Of a DNA stretch of 64,000 nucleotides, positions 55,716-64,000 are shown piece by piece (positions within the stretch are counted from its first letter, which is position 1; each line of letters starts with the position of its first letter). The notes beneath the pieces are model-generated. The model was given only the letters and a program-made list of their open reading frames with translations. It made no database searches and had not been told where the DNA came from. This DNA comes from an uncultured Spirochaetota bacterium (GTDB taxonomy: Bacteria > Spirochaetota > Spirochaetia > SZUA-6 > CAVTHK01). The position numbers and the translations under genes were made by a program. Location of the stretch: positions 288,001 through 352,000 of the forward strand of contig CAVTHK010000009.1 of NCBI GenBank assembly GCA_963734495.1, in the 5' to 3' direction.

Positions 55716-56021
55716 GTGAGATACCACATCATCGGCGACGAAGACGCCGTGCTCGGCTTCGGAATGGTGGGGGTGCCCGGCCGTTCGGTCGTGACGGCGG
55801 AGCAGGCCGAGGACGCCCTCAAGGCGGCGCTGGCGGACGGCGAGGTCGGCATCATCATCATCACCGAGCGCATCGCCGAGCTCATCCGGCCGACGGTGGA
55901 CCGCTATCTCTTTACGGCGCGCTTTCCCCTCATCGTGGAGATCCCGGACCGGGGCGGACGCATGGAGGGCAAGCTCGGCATCCGCGAGATGGTCAACGGG
56001 GCGATCGGCGTGAGGCTGTAG
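55716..56021 (+). CDS. atpF: V/A-type ATPase subunit F
   Basis: IIGDEDAVLGFGMVGV, VGIIIITE, PLIVEIPD, NGAIGVRL. Confidence 0.92.
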   Translation: MRYHIIGDEDAVLGFGMVGVPGRSVVTAEQAEDALKAALADGEVGIIIITERIAELIRPTVDRYLFTARFPLIVEIPDRGGRMEGKLGIREMVNGAIGVRL

Positions 56022-56064
56022 GGCAGAGTCGGCGGCCGCCCGCGGGCCGGAAAGGAAGTCTTGC

Positions 56065-56707
56065 GTGAGCTCAGAGAGCAGCATCGAAGCGAACCCGCTC
56101 GTGGGCGAAGATCCTCGCGGACGCCCGCGACGAGGCGGCGCGCATGGTCGCCGAGGCGGAGCAGACGGCCGCGAAGCGCCGCGGGGCCGCGGCCGCCGAG
56201 CTGCAGGCCCTCGAGCTCAAGACCGACGAGCGTATTGCGGAGCGCCTGGAGGCTCTGCGGCGCAACACGGCATCGCGCGTCCACGTCGAGACCAGGCGCG
56301 CGCGCCTCCGCGTGCGCGACCGCATCGTCGTCGAGGCGCAGGACGCGACGCGCGCGAAGCTGGCCGCCATGATCGGCACGCCCGAGTACCGGGCGATGCT
56401 CATCGGCTGGATCGCGGAGGCGGCGGTCGGACTGGGCCAGCCGGAGGCCGAGGTCAACGCGTCGGCCGCCGAGCGCGCCCTGTTCGACGGGGACCTGCTC
56501 GCGGAGGCGCAAGCGGAGGTCATGCGGTCGGTCGGGCGCGAAGTGCGGCTCGTGCCGTCCAAGGCGCAGCCGCTCATCGGCCAGGGCGTCGTGCTGACTT
56601 CGCCGAACGGCCGCATCGCCTACAACAACCAGGTGGCGACGCGCCTGCTGCGGGAGCAGACGCGGATCCGCAGCCTCATCCACAAGGCGCTGTTCGTTTC
56701 GGAGTGA
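56065..56707 (+). CDS. atpE: V/A-type ATPase subunit E (frameshift near 56105)
   Basis: KILADARDEA coiled coil; C-terminal GVVLTSPNGRIAYNN; lies before subunit A. Confidence 0.85.
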
Positions 56708-56719
56708 GGGAGACCGCGA

Positions 56720-58494
56720 ATGAGTGAGCGGATCATAGGCAGGGTCAGGCGGGTCAACGGGCCAGTCATCGGGGTGGGCGGGGTCACCGACGCGATGATG
56801 CTCGAGCTCGTCCGCGTCGGCGAGGCGCGCCTGGTCGGGGAGGTCATCAAGCTCGAGGGCGACGGCGCGGTCATCCAGGTCTACGAGGACACGACCGGCG
56901 TGGCTCCGGGCGACAATGTCTACGGGGCCGGCATGCCGCTCTCGGTCGAGCTCGGCCCGGGCCTCATCGGCACCATCTACGACGGGATCCAGAGGCCCCT
57001 CGAGCGGCTGGGCGAGATCTCCGGCGCCTTTATCGAGAAGGGCATCCAGGCCCCCTCTCTCGACCGCGAGAAGCGCTGGAGATTCGTGCCCGAGCCGCTC
57101 GCCGCCGGCGCCGAGATCTCCGGCGGCTCGATCCTCGGCCGCGTGCAGGAGACCGGGCAGATCGAGCACCGCGTGCTGCTGCCGCCCGGGACTCCACGGG
57201 GAGGCTCGTGTCGGTCGCCCCGGAAGGCGACTACACGGTCGAGGAGCCCATCGCGCTGGTGGAGTCGGGCGGCCGCGAGACGCCCGTGACCATGATGCAG
57301 CGCTGGCCGATCCGCACGCCCCGGCCCGTCGGCGAGCGGCTTCCGCTCGTGACCCCGCTCATCACGGGCCAGCGCGTCATCGACACGCTCTTCCCCGTCG
57401 CCAAGGGCGGCACCGTGGCGATCCCCGGCGGGTTCGGCACCGGCAAGACCATGACGCAGCACGCGATCGCCAAGTGGTGCGACGCGGCCATCATCGTCTA
57501 CATCGGCTGCGGCGAGCGCGGCAACGAGATGACCGACGTGCTCACGGAGTTCCCCAAGCTGATCGACCCGCGCACCGGCCGCAGCCTCATGGAGCGCACG
57601 GTCCTCATCGCCAACACCTCCAACATGCCCGTCTCGGCGCGCGAGGCGAGCATCTACACGGGCGTCACGCTGGCGGAGTACTACCGCGACCAGGGCTACG
57701 ACGTGGCGGTGATGGCCGACTCGACCTCGCGCTGGGCCGAGGCGCTGCGCGAGCTCTCCGGCCGCATGGAGGAGATGCCCGCCGAGGAGGGCTTCCCGGC
57801 CTATCTCCCGACGCGCGTCGCCGAGTTCTACGAGCGCGCCGGCTCCATGACGACCCTCTCGGGCGCCCAGGGGAGCGTCACGATCATCGGCGCGGTCTCG
57901 CCGCCGGGCGGCGACTTCTCCGAGCCGGTGACGCAGCACACCAAGCGCTTCGTCCGCTGCTTCTGGGCCCTCGACCGGCAGCTCGCCAACGCGCGGCACT
58001 ACCCGGCCATCTCCTGGATCGACAGCTACAGCGAGTACCTCGGCGACATCTCCACGTGGTGGGAGCAGAAGGTCGGCGCCGCCTGGAGCGTCGACCGCGC
58101 CGAGATCATGGATCTGCTGCAGCGCGAGGTCAGGCTGCAGCAGGTGGTCAAGCTCGTCGGCCCGGACGCGCTGCCCGACAGCCAGCGCTTCATCCTGGAC
58201 GCCTGCACGCTCTTCAAGAACGCGTTTCTGCAGCAGAACGCCTACGACGACATCGACCGCTATTCGACCGTGAGCAGGCAGACCCGGATGCTCGCCCTGA
58301 TCGTCGAGTACTGGCGCAGGGGCGCCGAGGCGATCAAGCGGGGCGTGACGCTCGTCAAGCTCCGCAGGATGAAGGTCTTCCAGGAGCTGATCCAGATGAA
58401 GCTCACCATCGCCAACGACGATGATGCCGCCTTTGACAAGCTGGCGGCGCGTCTGGAGCGCGGATTCGCGCAGCTGGAGTCCATCTATGAGTGA
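56720..58494 (+). CDS. atpA: V/A-type ATPase catalytic subunit A (frameshift near 57195)
   Basis: [24 protein letters not shown] (Walker A), [35 protein letters not shown]. Confidence 0.95.
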
Positions 58495-59938
58495 AGCGAC
58501 GACTCACCGCGGCGGGGAAGCCGCGGCGACCCGCGAGATCGGGGAGCGCGAGCGGCGCCTCCTGGCCGGCCGCGAGTACATCGGGGTGCACCGCATCGAG
58601 GGCCCGCTCATCTTCGTCCGCAGGACGCACCCGGTCGGCTACCGCGAGCTCATCGAGTGCGTGGACCCGACCGGCCACGTCCGGCTGGGCATGGTGCTCG
58701 AGACCTCGGAGGACGCGGTGGTGGCCCAGGTCTTCGAGGGCACCAGCGGCCTGACTCTGCCGGAGACGCGCGTGCGCTTCCGCGGCGAGCCGCTCGCCGT
58801 CGGGGTCACCGAACGCATGCTCGGCCGCGTCTTCAACGGCCTCGGGGAGCCGATCGACGACGGGCCGGCGCCGATGGCCGACAAGGAGCTCCCGGTCAAC
58901 GGCATGCCCATCAACCCGACCGCGCGCGAGTACCCGCGCGACTTCATCCAGACCGGCATCAGCGCCATCGACGGGATGAACACGCTGATCCGCGGCCAGA
59001 AGCTCCCGATCTTCTCCGGCAACGGGCTGCCGCACAACGAGCTCGCGGCGCAGATCGCCCGCCAGGCCAAGATCCGCGGCGGCAAGAGCGAGTTCGCCGT
59101 CGTGTTCGCCGCCATGGGCGTCAAGAACGACGTGGCGCGCTTCTTCATCACAGTCGTTCGAGGAGACGGGCGTCCTGGAGAACGTGGCGCTGTTCCTCTC
59201 GCTCGCCGACGACCCTTCGATCGAGCGCATCATCACGCCGCGCACCGCGCTCACGCTCGCGGAGTACCTCGCCTTCGAGAAGAACATGCACGTGCTGGTC
59301 ATCCTGACCGACATGTCCAACTACTGCGAGAGCCTCCGCGAGATCTCGACGATCCGCGGCGAGATCCCCTCGCGCAAGGGCTACCCCGGCTACCTCTACT
59401 CGGACCTCGCCGAGCTCTACGAGCGCTCCGGGATGCTCAAGGGCTACAGCGGGCTCGATCACCCAGCTCCCCATCCTCACGATGCCCAACGACGACATCT
59501 CGCACCCCGTCCCCGACCTGACCGGCTACATCACCGAGGGGCAGATCGTCTTCGAGCGCGAGCTGTACGCGCGCGGGATCTATCCGCCGGTCGCCGGCCT
59601 GCCGTCGCTCTCGCGCCTGATGAAGGACGGGATCGGCGAAGGGATGACGCGCGAGGACCACCCGCACCTCGCAAGCCAGCTCTTCGCGGCCTACAGTTAC
59701 GTCAAGGACGTGCGGAACCTGGCCTCGGTCATCGGCGAGGAGGAGCTCACTCCGCTCGACCACCAGTACATGGAGTTCGGCGAGTCGTTCGAGCGCCAGT
59801 TCGTCGTCGCAGAAGCCGGACGAGGATCGCCCGATCGAGCAGACGCTGGAGATGGGCTGGCGGGTCCTGGGCAAGCTGCCCGCCGAAGAGCTCCACAGGG
59901 TCACCCGGGAGGAGCTGGAGAAGTACTATGAGAAGTAG
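58487..59938 (+). CDS. atpB: V/A-type ATPase subunit B (frameshifts near 59150, 59450 and 59810)
   Basis: [61 protein letters not shown]. Confidence 0.95.
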
Positions 59939-59962
59939 GGCTCCGGCTCCGGGAGGCGCCGG

Positions 59963-60640
59963 GTGAGAAACGTCGCGCCCACCAAGACGAGCCTGCTGCG
60001 CCTGCAGGGGGAGCTCAAGTTCGCGCACCTGGGCTACGAGCTGCTCGACCAGAAGCGGAACATCCTCGTCCTCGAGCTGCTCGCGCTCGTCGACCAGACG
60101 GTGGATTTTCAGGCGCGCGTCGAGAAGTCGCTCGCCGAGGCCTACCGCACCCTCGAGCAGGCGGTGCTGCGCATGGGGCGCCTGCGCGTCACGCAGCTCG
60201 CCGGCGCGGTCAACATACACGCGGAGATCCACATCAAGCAGCGCAGGGTCATGGGCGTGCCGCTGCCCGTGGTCGAGACGCAGTTCGAGGAGAAGCCTCC
60301 GTTCTACAGCCCGCTGGACACGAGCTTCTGGATCGACGCCTCGGTCAAGAGCTTCAAGGAGGCGCTGTCGCTGATGGGCCGGTTCGCCGAGCTCAAGATC
60401 TCCGTGACGCGCCTCGCCCTGGAGGTCCGCAAGACCATCCGCAAGGTGAACGCGCTGGAGAAGATCGCGATCCCGGACCTGCAGGAGACCGTCGCCTTTG
60501 TGCGCAACAGGCTCGAGGAGAACGAGCGCGACATGTTCGTGCTCATGAAGCTGGTCAAGCGGCGTCTGGAAAACCGCAAGTCTGCCGGCGACGCCTCCCC
60601 CGGGGAGCTCGCCGCCGCGGCGCAAGAGGAGCGTCAGTGA
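59963..60640 (+). CDS. atpD: V/A-type ATPase subunit D
   Basis: [40 protein letters not shown]. Confidence 0.94.
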   Translation: MRNVAPTKTSLLRLQGELKFAHLGYELLDQKRNILVLELLALVDQTVDFQARVEKSLAEAYRTLEQAVLRMGRLRVTQLAGAVNIHAEIHIKQRRVMGVPLPVVETQFEEKPPFYSPLDTSFWIDASVKSFKEALSLMGRFAELKISVTRLALEVRKTIRKVNALEKIAIPDLQETVAFVRNRLEENERDMFVLMKLVKRRLENRKSAGDASPGELAAAAQEERQ

Positions 60641-61128
60641 TGGATTGCCCGATTCGCAGGATCCTCGTGTACATCGACGGGACGGAGCAGGCGGTCACTG
60701 CGGCCCAGTACGCGGTGCTTCTCGCGGGGTCGACCGGAGCGGAGCTGTCCGCGCTGTACGTGGTCAACACGCGCGCCCTCGACGACCTGGTGCGGACGCG
60801 CATCTTCCTCAAGGCCGAGGAGCAGGAGTACGAGCACGACCTCGACGCCGACGCCGACCGCTACCTCAACCACGCGCGTGAGCTGGCTCACCGCAAGGGC
60901 GTCGCGATCGAGACGATCAGCGCGCGGGGCACGGTGCACCAGGAGATCAAGCGCGTCGTCGTCGAGCGGAAGATCGACCTGCTCGTCATCGGCGAGCTCT
61001 CGAGCATCCGCAGCCGCCGCGACGAGTTCTACAACGAGGCCGAGCGCGCCATGCGCAACGTCCCCTGCGCGGTGCTGATCGTCAGGGACGACGACAGGGT
61101 GTGGGAGCTCTTCGGGGGGAACACGTGA
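60640..61128 (+). CDS. Universal stress protein
   Basis: RILVYIDGT, LSALYVVN, IDLLVIG, VPCAVLIVR; overlaps the atpD stop. Confidence 0.88.
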   Translation: MDCPIRRILVYIDGTEQAVTAAQYAVLLAGSTGAELSALYVVNTRALDDLVRTRIFLKAEEQEYEHDLDADADRYLNHARELAHRKGVAIETISARGTVHQEIKRVVVERKIDLLVIGELSSIRSRRDEFYNEAERAMRNVPCAVLIVRDDDRVWELFGGNT

Positions 61129-61189
61129 CGCCTCACCCCGGCTTGCCGAGGCGCTCTCTCTCTGCAATACTGCTCTGGAGGTGTCGCTG

Positions 61190-61639
61190 ATGGCCCTGAT
61201 CGACCTCATCGGTGCGGACGTCATCAAAGTCCCCCTCGCCGGCAAGTCCAAGGACGAAGTGGTCCGCGAGCTGCTCGGAGTGCTCGCGACCGCCGGCCGC
61301 CTCGCGGACGAGCGCAAGGCGTACGAGGCGGTCCTCGCCCGCGAGGCCCTGGGAAGCACGGGCCTCGAAAACGGCATCGCCGTGCCGCACGCCAAGACGA
61401 CGGCAGTCAAGGACCTGACGATCGCAATCGGAATCGCGCCCTCCGGCATCGACTTCCAGGCGCTCGACGGCAAGCCTTCGACGCTCTTCTTCCTCATCCT
61501 GGCGCCCCCCGACAAATCGGGGCCCCACATCGAGGCTCTCGCCGAGATCGCGCGCATGACGCGGTCGACCGCATTCTGCAGGGCGGTCGCGGGCGCGCGG
61601 ACCGCCGACGAGGTGGTCGAGCTTTTCAGGGAAGAGTAG
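61190..61639 (+). CDS. PTS EIIA component (Ntr/Fru type)
   Basis: REALGSTGLENGIAVPHAK, GIDFQALDGKP, HIEALAEIAR. Confidence 0.92.
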   Translation: MALIDLIGADVIKVPLAGKSKDEVVRELLGVLATAGRLADERKAYEAVLAREALGSTGLENGIAVPHAKTTAVKDLTIAIGIAPSGIDFQALDGKPSTLFFLILAPPDKSGPHIEALAEIARMTRSTAFCRAVAGARTADEVVELFREE

Positions 61640-61654
61640 ACCGCGCCCCGGCCG

Positions 61655-62959
61655 TCAGCCGGGAAACGCGTAGTGCTCCGGCCGCATATCCTCGCGAGGC
61701 GGGTTGAAGTAGCCGAGGCGGACCCAGGGCAGCCGCTCGCGGACGCGGGCGAGCCACGCGCGCATGCCCAGGCACCGGCCGCTGTCGCCCCGCAGCCCGA
61801 GCGTGTCGATGTACCAGTCGGGGTCCATGTTCAGGTTGCGCGTCTGGATCATGTTGACTTTCGCGCCGGTCACGACGCGCTCCAGCGCCTCGACCTCGTC
61901 CTCGCGGTCCGAGAGGCCCGGGAACACCAGGTAGTTCAGCGACGTCCACAGGCCGTGACGGCGGGCGACGCGCAGCGACTCGATGACCGCGTCCAGGCCA
62001 TAGCCCCGCGGGCGGTAGTAAGCGTTGTAGTAGGCGTCCTGGGCCGAGTTGAGGCTGACGCGGATGCTGTCCAGACCCGCGCGCGCCAGCTTCTCGACGA
62101 CGTCGGGCCTGCTCGCATTGGTGTTCAGGTTGATCACGCCCCTGGCCGTGCGCGCCCGGATGGAGCGGATGGCCGCTTCGATCACGTGGCCCGCGAGCAG
62201 CGGCTCGCCCTCGCACCCCTGCCCGAAGCTGGCCACGGGCCTCGCCGCCGTCTCGAGGTGCGGTACGACGAACTCCGCGATCTCCTCGGGGGTCGGCGTG
62301 GCCTCCAGGCGATCCTGCGATGCCGGCACCCCCGTGTCGGCCGGCTGCCATGAGATGCACCCGACGCACCCGGCGTTGCAGGCGCGGCTCGTGGGGATGG
62401 GGCACTCCCAGCGGCCCAGGACGAAGTTGCGCGCCGCCGGACAGCCGTAGCAGCGCACGCACTTCTCCACCAGGTGCTCGACGAGGCGGTTGCGCGGGTA
62501 GCGGCGGATCATCCCGGCGGCCGCCTTCTCTATCGAGGTCAGGTTCACGAGGCTCGGGTCCTGCCGCACGTCGTCGTCGATGCGCACGCCGGCGGCGAAG
62601 AAGCGGCCTTCGCTCCAGCCGAGGGCCGTGTAGCTGTAGAGGGGCAGCTTCTGCCCGTCGCCGCCGGGCTCCGCCGCCGCGCGCGCGAGCTGCAGGTAGG
62701 CCGGCGCCATGAAGGCCGCGGCCGCGAACACGGGCTCGCCGCGCACGTCACGCACCGGCGCGAAGCGGCCGGCGCGGCGGTCCCAGCCGATCGGCGTGCG
62801 TCCCGGCAGCACGTACAGGTTGCTCCCGTACGGGAGCGGGATCACGTCCGCCTCGTCGGGGAGGAGGGGACGGTCGAGCTCCATCCCGGTCATGAGATAG
62901 TCGCGGGCCTCGAAGATCTCGCCGCGCGCGTTCGCGACGGCCAGGAAGGGGAGAGACAC
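61655..62959 (-). CDS. Uncharacterised radical SAM protein
   Basis: CNAGCVGC (CxxxCxxC), SFGQGCEGEPL, NLNTNAS, DSIRVSLNS. Confidence 0.88.
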   Translation of the reverse strand: MSLPFLAVANARGEIFEARDYLMTGMELDRPLLPDEADVIPLPYGSNLYVLPGRTPIGWDRRAGRFAPVRDVRGEPVFAAAAFMAPAYLQLARAAAEPGGDGQKLPLYSYTALGWSEGRFFAAGVRIDDDVRQDPSLVNLTSIEKAAAGMIRRYPRNRLVEHLVEKCVRCYGCPAARNFVLGRWECPIPTSRACNAGCVGCISWQPADTGVPASQDRLEATPTPEEIAEFVVPHLETAARPVASFGQGCEGEPLLAGHVIEAAIRSIRARTARGVINLNTNASRPDVVEKLARAGLDSIRVSLNSAQDAYYNAYYRPRGYGLDAVIESLRVARRHGLWTSLNYLVFPGLSDREDEVEALERVVTGAKVNMIQTRNLNMDPDWYIDTLGLRGDSGRCLGMRAWLARVRERLPWVRLGYFNPPREDMRPEHYAFPG

Positions 62960-63016
62960 GATGGGGCCAAGGTAACATCGATTGATCTCGCCGGCCAATC
63001 CCCCGTATGATCGCCC

Positions 63017-64000
63017 GTGTTCTCCGTCGGCTTCATCAGCCTCGGCTGCGTCAAGAACCTCGTCGACTCGCAGATCATGGCGGGCGAGCTGCTCGCCGCC
63101 GGCGTGCCCCTGGCGCCCAGCCCGGAGCAGGCCGAGGTCGTCATCGTCAACACCTGCGCGTTCATCGCCGACGCGCGCGCCGAGAGCGCGCAGGCCATAG
63201 AGAGCGCCTGTCGCCTCAAGGCCCTCGGGCGCGTCCGCGCGGTCGTCGTCGCCGGCTGTTTCCCGCAGCGCGAGCGCGACCGGCTCTTCGCCATGTTCCC
63301 GGCCGTCGACGTCGTGATGGGCGTGGACGAGCTGCGCGAGGTCGCCTCCGTCGTCGGGAGGCTCGAGGCGGGGGAGCGCACGTTCACCCTGGTGTCGGGC
63401 CACCCGCGGCGGCTCTTCGAGCCGCGCGGCGCGGCCGGTGGTCTTTACCGGGGCGCCGTACGCCTACCTCAAGATCGCCGAGGGCTGCAATCACCGGTGC
63501 GCCTTCTGCGCCATCCCCGCCATCCGCGGCCGCTTCCGCTCCCGGCCCCTCGCGCGCATCCTCGGCGAGGCCGAGAGCCTGCTCGAAGCCGGCTGCCGCG
63601 AGCTGGACCTGGTGTCGCAGGACGTGACCGCCTGCGGCATCGACCTCGACGGCCGGCCGCGCCTCGCCGAGCTCCTGCGCGCGCTCGGGCGGCTGGGCGG
63701 CCGCTTCTGGGTCCGGCTGCTCTACGGATATCCGACGCGCGTGACGCCCGCGCTCCTCGAGGCGATGGCGAGCGTGCCGCAGGTCTGCGCGTACCTCGAC
63801 GTGCCGATCCAGCACAGCCACCCCGAGGTGCTGGCGGCCATGCGCCGGGCGGACACGATCAAGGCGGTGAGCGCCCTGCCGCGCCGCGCCCGGGCCGCCC
63901 TCCCCGACGCGGCGCTGCGCACGACGTGCCTGCTCGGCTTCCCCGGCGAGCGCGAGGCGCATTTCCGTCACCTGCTGCGTCATGTTGACGAGACGGGCTA
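63017..64000 (+). CDS. rimO: Ribosomal protein S12 methylthiotransferase (frameshift near 63430; runs off right edge)
   Basis: SLGCVKNLVDS, VNTCAFI, VAGC, then YLKIAEGCNHRCAFCAIP and WVRLLYGYP in the shifted frame. Confidence 0.92.

Overview
GC-rich bacterial window, probably from a Spirochaetia genome or MAG (inferred from the solute-binding protein N-termini, the V/A-type ATPase and the diderm beta-barrel-like proteins). About 67 genes are supported. Many single-base frameshifts, even in conserved housekeeping genes, point to an unpolished long-read assembly rather than mass pseudogenisation. Left to right: TRAP transporter (dctPQM) divergent from an Ldh_2 oxidoreductase; heterodimeric ABC exporter; peptide-type ABC operon whose binding protein lacks its middle; dhaK-dhaL-dhaM (EIIA-HPr-EI fusion) operon ending in a UroD/MtaA-like gene; a lower-GC block with three aldo/keto reductases and an AraC regulator; btpA, M29 aminopeptidase, orphan hisF, Fe-S AKR, MATE, enolase-family dehydratase; rtcB-archease; sugar ABC operon ending in a QueG-like Fe-S protein; HDAC-family deacetylase; vapBC; corrinoid protein plus methanol methyltransferase (mtaC-mtaB); complete V/A-ATPase cluster (G-C-I-K-F-E-A-B-D) flanked by an HTH-PTS EIIA fusion, a Usp and a second EIIA; a radical SAM gene; partial rimO. 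No rRNA, tRNA, CRISPR array, transposase or integrase was seen. Best leads: dispersed corrinoid/methyl-transfer chemistry, a possibly PTS-regulated V-ATPase with a structured repeat-rich upstream region, and frequent leaderless promoters.
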